This document shows positions 24,730 to 36,535 of a DNA stretch of 64,000 bases, one piece after another (positions within the stretch are counted from its first letter, which is position 1; each line of letters opens with the position of its first letter). A program made the translations under genes and the position numbers. The DNA is from Mytilus californianus (Eukaryota), in NCBI RefSeq assembly GCF_021869535.1, contig NW_026262723.1, positions 93,434,001 to 93,498,000 of the forward strand, read 5' to 3'. A model generated the notes under the pieces. That model ran no database searches. It was given only the letters and a program-made list of their open reading frames with translations, and was not told the DNA's origin.

Positions 24730-25478
24730 ATATACTTCATATGGCAAATACTATATTACCCTTCACGGAAACGCTTGACCAAGTGTGCGCTTTATTAAAT
24801 ACGGATGGTTGTTATGTTCAAGACATCATAGTTTATTACTTTGAATTTGAAATTTAATAGACAGCAATAACAGAACATTCAGTATAATAAATTAAATAAC
24901 ACATATCTGAGAGGGTGATAGAACAGATTGTTACCCATCGAAAAGACATTGGAAATATAAAGTGCCAAGTAGCAGAACATTCTGACACTAGGCTATCAGG
25001 GGTGACTGCTGTAGAGATATGGCAAATATGATGATTTTTTGTATAACTGATGGTCTACATAACGGAGTCGGATACATTTCCTTTGCACTGGGACACAAAC
25101 ACTATACAAGTGTAGACTAATCTGTGTGTATTTAGTTTCCAGTGTTGCAGTGGTAGGTAAAATAAACTGGTTCACTATTTATGCAAATCATCATAAATAC
25201 AGTTACGGTTGTGTACTCTGGGCATTCTATCCAACTTAAAAGAATTTGAATTGTAGTAAACGCTGTTACTGGTCAACTACACAAAAACAGTTTTAGTCCA
25301 AAGCTAGCAGTCTTTATACACCAAGTATATCTAACGTCAAGATGTACTAAGTATAATATATCTTCAAGTATATTCTTTGCAATACTAATGTTTTGTTTCA
25401 TTTGCAAATGTACATTTTAGCATTGCTATTTTATAAATGTGATAAATTACCATTGATATCTTTTATTTTCATTTGCAG

Positions 25479-25899
25479 GTATTACAGACTGAGTATTGTT
25501 ATAATGTGTTTCATAGTACCTACTGTAGTACCGTATTACTTCTGGGGAGAATCTCTAATTAATGCATTCTTTATATCCAGTATACTCCGATACGTGCTGA
25601 CATTAAACGCCACGTGGTTAGTCAATAGTGCTGCCCACATGTGGGGAAATCGACCTTATGATAAAAACATAAACCCAGCACAAAATAGAGGTGTGGCATT
25701 TTGTGCTGTAGGAGAGGGATTTCACAATTATCACCATACATTCCCACATGACTATGCTACTAGTGAGTTTGGATGGCATTTGAATATTACCACAGCCTTT
25801 ATTGATTTCTTTGCGTTGTTGGGACAAGTTAGTGATAGGAGGAAGATATCTCATGCTACAGTAGAAAGGAGAAAGGCAAGAACTGGGGATGGATCATGA
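25479..25899 (+). CDS. SCD: Stearoyl-CoA desaturase, exon 4 (terminal, His box 3)
   Basis: Acceptor tttgcag|G. TWLVNSAAHMWGNRPYD and GEGFHNYHHTFPHDY; stop TGA at 25897-25899. Spliced CDS is 984 nt = 327 aa. Confidence 0.97.
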
Positions 25900-26721
25900 C
25901 ACTATCAGTCCGTTTTCGTGTTTAACATTATCTATTGTACTGAAATTGCTAAAAACAGTGTTGGATGGTTATTTCCAAGATGTTGAGATTTATAAACAAA
26001 TCTTTCTTTTTATTATGTTTAATTTTTAATAGCAAGTATCTAAAAGATGCAAATACGTCAAAAATAGGAATTGTAAAAGTATTATTTTGTTAACATGGGT
26101 CGTGCTAAATTGTTAAATATTTTATGTTGATTTATCATAAGTTGTTTAAAAGTGACATTAGAAAAACAATTCTTGATAAAAAATTCTAAAATGTGTTCTG
26201 TCAATCATGTTTTAATCGAATTCTCCAAGATGCATTTTTTTGTCTATGGGGCAAGGGACCACATCGAAAGTTCAATGTAGAATTTAAAAAAAAAATAATT
26301 CATATTGTTTTTTTCCTTGACACCCCCTCCTCTTCTTAACTTAATTTAAAAAATACCCAAGGAACGGTAAAGGCATATGCGACGAGAATAGGTTTTAAAT
26401 GCATTTCAGCATGCAATATAATGGGTTTTGTATTTTATAAAACAATGTATGGTGTTTTCTGTGAGTATTGATTTTGGGTATACACGAAAGGAAATAATTT
26501 CGCTTCATCAAAAATAGCACAGTGAATTTCTTTTTTTTCATACACTACAGGTCAGCGTGGATTCGGTTTTTTCTACTTGCATACTATGCGTTTGGGTATA
26601 GAGTTGGCATGTTCAAAATAAATACGTATCTTTCTAAGGTATTGTAAATTGGTGATAATTGAATGGTCAGTGCAATTGTGCCTACTGCCATGGCAAAATA
26701 CATAATGAGTAATCTCTGTAT

Positions 26722-27178
26722 TTTTATACCCCCGCTTTAAAAAAGTGGGGGTATACTGTTTTACCTCTGTCTGTCCATCCGTCAGTCCATCCGTCAGTCC
26801 ATTCATCTGTCAGTCCGTCCCATGAATATTTTTCGTCGCATCTTTCTCAGGAACTACAATACAAGGATTTCTGAAATTTGGTTTCAGGGTTTATGTAAAA
26901 CAGCCATACCGTGTGATGCGTTTTCAGATTCATCACTCAACAACTTCCTGTTTACCGAACACTTGTATCATTTTACACATGATAGCCAAGTTGAAAATTT
27001 CGTCACATTTTTCTCAGGAACTACAATACAAGGATTTCTAAAATTTGGTTTCAGGGTTTATATAAGTCAGCTATACCGTGTGATGCTTTTTCAGATTCAT
27101 CACTCAACAACTTCCTGTTTACTGAAATATTTGGGCGGGGGTATCATCACTGAGCAGTAGCTCTCAGTTTCACTTGTT
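26722..27178 (-). mobile_element. Helentron-type non-autonomous element (HINE/pearl-like) with two ~168-bp core repeats
   Basis: On the minus strand: starts ACAAG, subterminal GATACCCCCGC, two tandem cores, a GACG/GATG microsatellite, and a 3' hairpin TATACCCCC...GGGGTATA followed by an A run. Confidence 0.8.
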
Positions 27179-27649
27179 AATTCTAGATCCTTCATTGAAT
27201 ATCACATTTTTCTTCAGTACCAACACGTACTATATGAGTTTAAAAAAAGATTATTCAGTATCAGTTTTTGTCATTAATCAAGACAAATCTGTGTTGATCT
27301 GCATTATTTTTCACTGTTATCGAAAGTTACAAATTGAAGGGTTCAAACGACGTACATAGCATGAGACACCTCACCCGATAATCTGAATATCATGAAAGGT
27401 CAAAACTCATTAAGGACCGAACTTTGATACATATTTTGTTAATAGCCCGAAACATCTATGAAGGATACAACTGTCAACCAGATTATCCCCTCCCCACCCA
27501 AACTATGTGAATTAAGGTTTTATCCTACATCGATCTTTTGGTGTTGTCCAGTTGGGAGCTTCTTTATTATTTGCCGTCTCACCGAAACTTATTCAGTATT
27601 TATAAACATATAAGCTCGCCTACAAATCAGGGTCAATGTAAATTTTCCT

Positions 27650-27920
27650 ACTTACACGTTTTCAAAAATCTTCTCTTCGGAAACTGCAGGATACCGTACG
27701 GTCGTCAACAATGAGTAACCCCATACCGTAAAGTATGAGGGCAGATGAATAACACATAGTATACTTTCTGAATCATACTGGATGAATCCTGCCTTACAAC
27801 CAATATGGCAGAGATAGCTTTCAAAGCAAATTTTCACCATCAAACATTTAGTTTGATTGAATAATTGGTTTGACACATTGAGGAAAGAATCCCGGTAGGA
27901 AAAACATGCCAAACAAAAAA
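27650..27920 (-). mobile_element. Degenerate PLE-type RT thumb remnant
   Basis: ACFSYRDSFLN...NQ...LMVK resembles the RAC.SY.DFL.R...L...L.NQ...MVKL motif; heavily decayed. Confidence 0.35.
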
Positions 27921-30900
27921 CCACAGTTCTATTATAGATTAAAGCTGAGACTACTATTATACTGGTGGCCGGTTGGATATTGAATAACGAACTGGTTGCT
28001 TACTTAACATACTGTTTGTACATTATACATTTGTAGATCTTGTCATGCTGTCATTCTTATGTTTAGAATACCAGAGAAATGTTTTTTAGATCTTATCTTG
28101 CTAATATTTTTAGATCGGTGATAACTGCTTCTATCTAAATATTACAGTTGTCAAAATAATAGAAAAAACGCAAAATGGGTATAAATTATCATCTATCGAT
28201 AATCATTTCTATAAGGGATCGATTGACGACTTCGATCACGTCATCGGTCATGTCTCTTCTTAAATAGACCCCACCAAAAACTTGAGGCGAACTGATGTGC
28301 TCCGGATAGGTAAGTAAACAGTTGTTGCAGATTGGTAAATGTTTTCGGTCTAACCGCCAAAGGTTATTCCACGTTTATTAACAACAAGTTAGAATTTTCA
28401 ATAAATGGAGATGTGGTTATGTGTCAATGCTGAGACTAATAGTAATATCGCGTCAATTAATGAGACCGTTATAGAATGACACAAAAAAACCAAAAGTCTT
28501 CTAGATGTCAACATAGTTTGTCATGCACTAAATCACCCCGTGTCTAAAAAAGGTAGGAATTCTTTTAACAGAGACCATCAAAGACAAATCCCCGAATAAT
28601 AATAATAACAATAATAGTAACAGTTATCCAGGTAAAAGGCATAATTAAAATACAAATGACAGCAACCACTTTGACATAACTGTGACTAGCAATGAGATTT
28701 TAAGGTTTATGGGGTAGGTTCTTTGAAATAGCAATGCTATGGCTCTTTTTGTATATCTGCATTAGAATTATTTGATTGCAATGTTGTCATTTACGAACAC
28801 AGTGATTTATAAATCAAATTTCAATTTAGTTATTTTTTTAAGTTTGGCTTTCCTTGTTCTCAATACGGATATCATGCGAAGCATAACAGTTTTAATATAG
28901 TTTACCAAATGACACCTAAATTGTAATATATTTAATACGTTGAATTGATTTTCGAAAACTATTTAAACTCTATAGTGTAGAAAATTTTTTGAAAGGTTAA
29001 AACCTAAATCTACATATAAATTCATGCGGTACAAGTAATTTCCAATCCGAACGTAAAAACTTCTGAATCAAAAACGGACACTATATATATATATACATGT
29101 ATAAGTTAATGGATATACCTTCTATAAGACATGTGAAAATTGATTAAATCTGGAAGAAATTACTATCCGAAAACCGTTATAATTAATAATTTTTTATTTT
29201 ATTTTCAAAACATCAGCGTTCAATCAATGAAGTGAAATATTTTAAATATGTCTGACAACCTCTTTGGACATTCACGATAAATGTCTATATTATTGTTGTT
29301 TCTTTTCTGTATATATATATATGGTCTGCGAATTTTTCTAATCATATCGTTTGTATGTGTTATATACCCTCCTTTGGTACTAATTTCGTGAATAAAATTC
29401 TTCTTATCTTATTTTATATGGGTATTTTCAGGGTTTGTACTTCAAATAATATATCCCACATGGTCACAAAAAATCTTACGAGAAAAAGTACTCGTGTAAG
29501 TCATGAACATTTCAGTATAACTTACGATACATTTTTATCGTAAGTTTTTTTGTGAAAAGAGCCCACGGCCCTTACATTGACAAATAATGTTTTATCTGAC
29601 TAATCCTCTTCGAGACACTTGCATTTTTATGTAACAAATGTCGTGTCGCATTCAAACAATTCAAAATCATATATTTATATAATTATCGGGGATATTTTGT
29701 ATTGGCTTATCATGACGACATTTGGGAATAGTCTTCTTAGTGGTTGAAGTTAGCAAAATTATGTATATTTACTTAGAATATTATTAGTGTCTTTTTGTTT
29801 TTGGGATGTATAAGTACCCGTCCACGTCCACTTTGTGTTTTTGTTAGATATATTTCTATTTGTATCCATCTGATGAGTTAAGCCTTTTTCAACTGGGATT
29901 TTTATAGTTTGTTCTTATGTTGTACTGTTACACCACTGTCCCAGGTTAGGGGGAGGGTTGCGCGCTAACAAACATGTTTAACCCCGCCACATTCTGTATG
30001 TGCCTGTCCCAAGTCAGGAGTCTGTAGTTCAGTGGTTGTCGTTGGTTCGTGTCGGTCATATTTGTTTTTCGTAAACTTTTTTGTTATAAATTAGGCTGTT
30101 AGTTTTCTCAATTGAACTGTATCATATTTTTCATGTCGGGGCCTTTTAGAGCCGACCATACGGTATGGTTTTTTCTCATTGTTGAAGGCCGTACGGTTGC
30201 CTATAATTGCTTACATCCACTTCATTTGAACTTTGGTAGATAGTTGTCTCATTGGCAATCATACCACATCTCCTTATTTTTATATGGACATGTTTTGTCA
30301 ATATAATACCAGATAGATGTATTGTTCTTTGGACAAAGTTTCTGCAAACAATATAAACATTTGCACTTTTGTATTTCAAAGTGGTTTTTAAAAATATGCA
30401 TTTTTTATCATTCGAATTCTACCCCTCATAAAAGGGATAGTCATTACATTTAGGGGTTATTCCTCATTTGAGGGGTTGTTCCCAACCTGTGGAATGAGAT
30501 CAAATATATATAGTTCTGTTCAACAGTTTTACGGTAGATCAGTTGTAGTTGGTTGTTTGAAGTTCGGAGAATGCTGCATATCTAACTTCATACATCTATT
30601 TCAGAATGAGATAACTTTCCACCAAAGTTCAAATGAGATGGGTGTAAGCAATTATAGGCAACCGTACGGCCTTCAAAAATGAGAAAAACCCTAACGTATA
30701 GTCGGCTGAAAAAGGCCCAGACACGAAAACCCGTATAGTGGGCTGTATAAAAGGCCCCGACACGAAAATTACGAAACAAAACTAACAGCCTAGTTCATAA
30801 CAAAACAAATTTAGAAAAACAAATAAATGAAATATGACAGACATGAACCAACGACAACCACTGAACTACAGGCTCGCTGACTCGAGACTGTCTAAATGTG

Positions 30901-32329
30901 TACAAACCCGACGTCAAATGTTGATATTGTTCTACTCAATGACTGTAGGAGAACAAATTAGATGACAGCAAATTACAATCCAGAAACACTTTAATTGCAA
31001 TGGTCAATGGAAGACTTCCCCGCGCAAATGTGATGTTATTAAAGGGATATACCATATTTAGGTCTATGTTGTCGTTCATATTCGGATCAATTTACACAGT
31101 AAAATAAAATATAAATGTCAACTTGATATAATGGTTTTGAATTTAGTTACTTTGTCAGAAAATTTATTTATTTCTCGCAAACAACACTAAATAATATACA
31201 TTAACTCGACTCTGAACCTAAAAAACCCTAAAATATAATAGTGTATGGAATCGTCCGAAACAGGTTCTCCTAACAATGATAAAGGTGAAAACGTAGATTC
31301 AGAATTCTGCACAAAGAAATAAGTTCAGAGGTAAAGCCCTATGTAAAGTGGAAACCAAAAAACACCTGAATTTAATCATCGATTATTGCTTGCATAAGAG
31401 CCTTGAAGTTGAAACTACGATGATTATGTGTATCCTGTCAACCCCTAAAAAATAATACTGTCTACTTCCGCGCGCCATGGACTGAATTTTTATTTTTTGT
31501 TATAGAGTATGCTAATAATGATTAGTATATTTATATGTTTGGCCTTTTCCTTTCTACCGTCTGTTTGTTTGGAAAGCGTTGTGTGTTGTTACCTTTTCTC
31601 CAAGTCATACTTTTAAAATGTTTTATTTTAATAAAGAAAGGTTGAAACTTCAATTTCCATTTCCTCATTTTTATGGGACGAAAGTATTTTCTTCTTCAGA
31701 ATAATGACTTTCATAAAAACCTTTTAAATTAGATATTACACCTGAATATATTGCCATTTAAGCGTGACACCATGACAAGTAATAAAATAGAAGAAAATTG
31801 ATTGGTTAGATATAAGAAAAAAGAAATTTTATAGAATTCACCTCAGCAAATTTTGAAAAGGCGATTTCACCTTTATATGAATTTATCAATGTTAGGTACA
31901 AAAACATCAGAAACACGGTTTGTCAGTGCACGTCCTCGAAAGGCACACGACGCGTGTTTCTAAGGTAATACTTCAACAGATACGCTCGAAACCAAAAGAC
32001 AAGAAAGTCAAATACATTCGTGAGAACAAGATGGGCTAACAAGACTTGACTGAACAGCAACAATAATAAATTAGGGAAATTGCAACCTTAACTTTAGTAT
32101 ACACATTGAAAGTAATCTTAATGTAACATTCAAATGACACCAAAGCACAGGCTACTGAACGGATGGTAAATCAGGGGCAGCAATCCTTTTGCGTCAATTG
32201 CTATTTTCAAAGATGCATCATTTACGCCAAATATTATTTTTTTAGGGAGTATCAATTGCGCCAATTTACGGAATTCAATTGGACCATTTTACCTGTATGT
32301 ATATATTTACCGACCATAATAATGGTAAC

Positions 32330-32610
32330 TGAAAGATAGATATGCCAAAACGATAAGAAAGTAGAAGCTTTTGCTGATTATGTGTTATCCACATATGCTG
32401 ATGACATTGCTTTGCTTCCGCCAAGCGGTATCGAGTGAAACTCCATCAACTGCAAGGCATACTAATAATGGACTAGATGCATTTCATAAGCACTACAACT
32501 GTTTTATTCATCGCATCCACCATTGCATCTATAAATGTATTCATAGACATCGTAAAATTTCATGTCCCTACTTACAATTTAAATTGTGCAATTTTAATGC
32601 AACAGCAGTT
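32330..32610 (+). mobile_element. Frameshifted remnant of a Mutator-like (MULE) transposase C-terminal region
   Basis: Across frameshifts it reads FADYVLSTY...LPP / RHTNNGLDAFHKHYN / FYSSHP / INVFID, matching the MULE pattern F.DY...TY....FPP..W...RTTN..E.FH...N..FY..HP. Confidence 0.5.
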
Positions 32611-32889
32611 AGAAGCAGGCATAACTTTTGCTGTTGAAGAATACCTGAATTATACAGTCATGAGAACTCAGTCGTAGAGATTAATTTTTAGCCTTAAATT
32701 ACAAATTGTATCGTTTAATATAATTTTATTGTCTGACTGTAAATAGTTTTAAGTTTAATTTGTATACTTTAAAAAAAAAGTGTCAATAAACCACTTTAAA
32801 TGACCTTTACTCCGCCAATGTAAACTGTCTGCCCCATGCCCAGTTCAAAAGGAGGAGAGATGTCTTTTAACTTTTAAATTTTTCATCGA

Positions 32890-33460
32890 ATGATTATGCT
32901 GAATGAAGTGGTTGGCTACCGGATCTCACACATAAATGAAACCAAGGTATTTTGTGACAACACAGGGAAAGAATATACCATACAGGGACAAATAAATTGT
33001 AAAACCGTAGGCGTAGTATATGCAATTAATTGTACAAAATGCGAAAAACTGATATATGTAGGACAAACGGGTGATACACTATATCAACGGATGCTGTTGA
33101 ATTTTTCAAAAATACGAACAAAGAAAACAGAAGATCCGGTAGCCAACCACTTCAGTCAGCATAATCATTCGTTGAAAAATTTAAAAGTTACCGCCATAGA
33201 AAGAGTATTTGGAACAGAAATTTACAGAAAAACTAAAGAAGCCTTTTGGATTAAAAAATTAAAAACTTTAGAGCCTGATGTACTCAACACAATGTATGAA
33301 CGATAATGAAAATATTTATATAACAAAAGAAAAAAAACCGCGGCAAATGAACGTCATAGTAGTTATTATAACGTAATGTATCCAAGCAATGTAATTGTTG
33401 TTTCAATGTTGTAATTTATTCCAATGAAGAAGGCCGTAATGGCCGAAACGTATGGGAATT
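32890..33460 (+). mobile_element. 3' fragment of a Penelope-like element: GIY-YIG endonuclease plus tail with a hammerhead-like motif
   Basis: ORF 32890-33306 has INCKTVGVVYAINCTKC..IYVGQT...QRM...PVANHF..H...E.FWI..L.TL.P..LN. The HHR-like motif lies 113 nt after the stop. No RT upstream. Confidence 0.88.
33419..33458 (+). ncRNA. Minimal hammerhead-like motif of the PLE tail (C3 replaced by A)
   Basis: TTCCA-ATGAAGA-A-GGCC GTAAT GGCC-GAAA-CG-TA-TGGGAA. Confidence 0.6.
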
Positions 33461-33484
33461 TGTGTTATAGTTTTTATATATATA

Positions 33485-34505
33485 AAAGTCTAAATTGAAA
33501 ACAACGTTCAAACCTATGATTGCGTTGGATAAAAACCGCAATTTTTATACGTGTGCATGTAAAACAAATTTCTTGGTAGAGGGGTCTAAATACAGCACAA
33601 ACAACAATTTCCAAAAGACCAAAAAAAAGTTAAAAAGTCTATTTTAACAAAACGCATTTGACTAACAGGTCGAACAACTGATGTTCTTAAACCCTGCTGA
33701 CTGCCATTGGCGATTGCCAAATATATATATTTATGTTTATTTGGCAATCGCCAATTGCAGTCAGTAGGGTTTAAGAACATCCGTTGTTCGACCTGCATGT
33801 TAGTCAAATGCGTTTTGTTAAAATATACTTTTTCACTTTTTTGGTCTTTCGGAAAATGTTGTTTGTGCTGTATTTAGACCCCTCTACCAAGAAATCTTCA
33901 TGCCTAATATATCATGTACTGTGATTTGCAGAGGTTTGAACGTTGTTTTCAATTTAGACTTATTTATATCTTTTCGTTTGGGCTTGTATTATATTTGCCT
34001 TCGGGTTTATATGATCCGTTCATCCTATTTCGACTCTTCAAAATTCAAGAGTCTATCCTAAATTGAGGTAAATTATATGGCCTTCCAAATACCGTTTCGA
34101 TTCCTAACATCACTGAAGAGACATTAGTTGTCGAAATCCGGATATGGTGCACAAATTTTTGCACCTCATGTTTGCGGTATACCATCTTTTCCGCAAGTTT
34201 ATTGTTTTCTGTTTGGTATTGAATTAATAATAAAGATCCATTTTGTTACATCTTGTGATCCGTTTATTTGACAATCGCCAATGGCAGTCAGCAGGGTTTA
34301 AGAACATCCGTTGTTCGACCTGCTAGTCAAATGCGTTTTGTTAAAATATACTTTTTCACTTTTTTGGTCTTTCGGAAAATGTTGCTTGTGCTGTTTTTAT
34401 ACCCCTCTAACAAGAAATTGGTTTTGCATGCACACGTATAAAAATTGCGGTTTTTATCCAACACACTCATAGGTTTGAACGTTGTTTTCAATTTAGACTT
34501 ATTTA
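33485..34505. mobile_element. Three copies of a ~400-bp HHR-associated repeat: a tail-out inverted pair centred at about 33730, plus a full copy at 34108-34505 ending in (TA)n
   Basis: The shared sequence GGCAATCGCCAATGGCAGTCAGCAGGGTTTAAGAAC...TTTCAATTTAGACTT occurs in both orientations. A fourth copy is at 40235-40613. Confidence 0.85.
34108..34149 (+). ncRNA. Minimal type I hammerhead ribozyme, second family (intact core)
   Basis: Stem I CAUCA/UGGUG, CUGAAGA, stem II GACA-UUAGU-UGUC, GAAA, palindromic stem III AUCCGGAU, cleavage triplet AUA at 34142-34144. Confidence 0.85.
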
Positions 34506-34711
34506 TATATATATATATATATATAGCCGTGTATCATCTTCACTGGTGATCCAATACATGGATCTGTCGTAGAGTTGTCACTTGTTTAGACGTACTATCA
34601 AAATAATTATTTCTGTGACTGTATCTTACGATCCTTTACGATAGATATTTAGCTAATCTGCAATCAATTCCATCTTCATGCCTAATATATCATGTACTGT
34701 GTTACAAATCT

Positions 34712-34760
34712 AGATTCTACTGACGAGGAAAGGTAATACTAGGCCACCGAAAGCTGAATT
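34712..34760 (+). pseudogene. Degenerate hammerhead-like motif, third family
   Basis: CTGACGA-GG...CC-GAAA-GC-T-G; position 17 is G and stem I is disrupted. Confidence 0.45.
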
Positions 34761-34771
34761 ATTAAGTTCAG

Positions 34772-35070
34772 TCTAGGTGGCCGTGTGGTCTAGAGCGCTG
34801 GACACAGTGCAGGCGGTGTTGTCTCGGTATCCCAATATCATGAGTTTGATTCCCGGCGAGGGAAGAACAAAAATTTGCTTCCGCAAATTTGCAGATTTAA
34901 CATTGTTGTTCTGATATTTAGAGTAATTATATATATAGTGTAAGGCGATTTGGTGCCACGATATCTCGGTAGCATGAGTTCGAATTCGGGCCAGGGAAGA
35001 ACAAAAATTTGCTTCCGCAAATTTACAGATCTAACATTGTTGGGCTGTTATTTAGACGAATTATATATAC
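34772..35070 (+). mobile_element. tRNA-derived SINE, one full and one 5'-truncated tandem copy
   Basis: A-box-like GGTGGCCGTGTGGTCTAGAGCG, B-box-like GAGTT(T/C)GA(A)TTC, and a shared body GGGAAGAACAAAAATTTGCTTCCGCAAATTT with a TA-rich tail. Confidence 0.75.
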
Positions 35071-35104
35071 AAATTAATTAAATTTGTAAAATGTAAACTT
35101 TGTA

Positions 35105-35840
35105 ACAGTTTTAAAACATTTTGGGTGGTCAAAAGATCTGATACCTTATCACAAGGTAATAAAAAATTAGAAAATTATTTCAACCTCAAGACTGACTTCG
35201 TAAAGGAGGCTTATTTATCAATTAAAGATTTTAATATAAGAAGAGCTATATGTTAAATGAAAATAAGTGCACATGATCTTAAAATTGAGAAAGATAGATA
35301 TAGTAAAAAAATACATAGAGAGAACTCAGCGTCTATGTCATCACTGCCTATCACATGGATCAAATTCTATTGAAGATGAGACCCATTTTACAGTAAGTTG
35401 TCCTTTATATAACGAACAGAGAAAATTATTATAGGATAAAGTAAACAGTTTTTGTACTAATTTTAAAGAATTACCCAAGGATGAAAAATATTTCTGGCTG
35501 TTCACAAATGAGCATTTACCAACTCTTATGTGCCTAGGCAATTATATTATTAAGTGTTTAGAAATAAGATCCAGGTGGATACAAAATATATAAAACAATA
35601 TTTAATTATTATGAAATTATTGTAATAGTTATGTAAGACACATGATGTGTTAGGCTCTGATCCTGTCCATAACATGATAGTATTATATTAGGATCTAGTT
35701 TTTCTTTTTTCCAATCATATTGTGCTTAATATTGTTGTAAATGATACCCTTTATGGGTTAATAGTCAACGATTTTTCCCACGAGGGCGCTGGATCGTTAC
35801 GAGTAACGATACATGTACACAATAAATAAATTATATAAAC
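35105..35840 (+). mobile_element. 3' fragment of a second CR1/L2-group LINE
   Basis: Reads across stops and frameshifts as YLSIKDFNIRRAIC*MKISAHDLKIEKDRY..RLCHHC...IEDETHFTVSCPLY, the CCHC C-terminus; AATAAATAAA at about 35821. Not in the ORF track. Confidence 0.75.
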
Positions 35841-35899
35841 GCCTAAAAAAGTGTACAAAACAACACCAATAACAAAAAAAGGAAACTGTAAATGTAATT

Positions 35900-36535
35900 A
35901 TTTATAAATATTTCGGATAACAGATATCCTTCATCAGTATGATTATGATGTTAAATGAATCATGTCAATCTACTTTGATTAAACTATAACAATCTTGAAA
36001 TTTATACAATAAAACAGTCAGACCGAACATCATAGTTTAGACGCTTGTACAATTCTAAAAATGTTTAAACATGACATAGGTTATATGGCTATTTACAACA
36101 GAGACTGCAAAGATATGCTTCAAATAAAAATAGTAATGTGCGATATGAACTAGAATTCTAAAATTTAAACGGTGACGACAGTTGCGATGTTACAAGAACG
36201 ATTGCGTCAATAAACATTGACAAGGCAAAGTTTCATTAAAATCAAATTTTGAAGATGTTAAATATCGTTTTAGACTTTTTGACTGTCTTTCACTGTTGAT
36301 AATCTTCTTTTTTTGTAATACTTTGTCCATTTTTTCACTTTTGTGTAAATTATTTTCAATTTGTCGCATGAAACTAAATATATCATAATTTCGTGGGTTA
36401 TATGTTGTGACAAACGGGATAATTTTGTCTAAATTGTTTGATGATTCTTCGGTTGTTTCGGATCGCCGTGATTCTGTAATGATTGGTCCTTTTATCAGTG
36501 CCTTTTGAATTCCGTAATCTATCACTTGTTCCGGA
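35900..36535 (-). mobile_element. Internally deleted Penelope-like fragment (RT-EN linker plus tail with a hammerhead-like motif at 35902-35943)
   Basis: ORF 36190-36525 has IPFVTTYNP...RQSKSLKRYLTSSKF, the PLE linker. The tail has CTGATGA-A-GGATA TCTGT TATCC-GAAA-TA-T-T. Confidence 0.75.

Noticed and set aside
29865-29900. CTGATGA words at 29870 (also 1655 and about 50086) as hammerheads
   Set aside because: No GAAA at the right spacing and no stem I/III pairing.
29925-29960. Family A segment ACTGTCCCAGGTTAGGGGGAGGGTTG resembles the 3' end of twister ribozymes
   Set aside because: The P4 helix (CCGG...CCGG) and the AAGC loop needed for the twister fold are absent; only short-word similarity.
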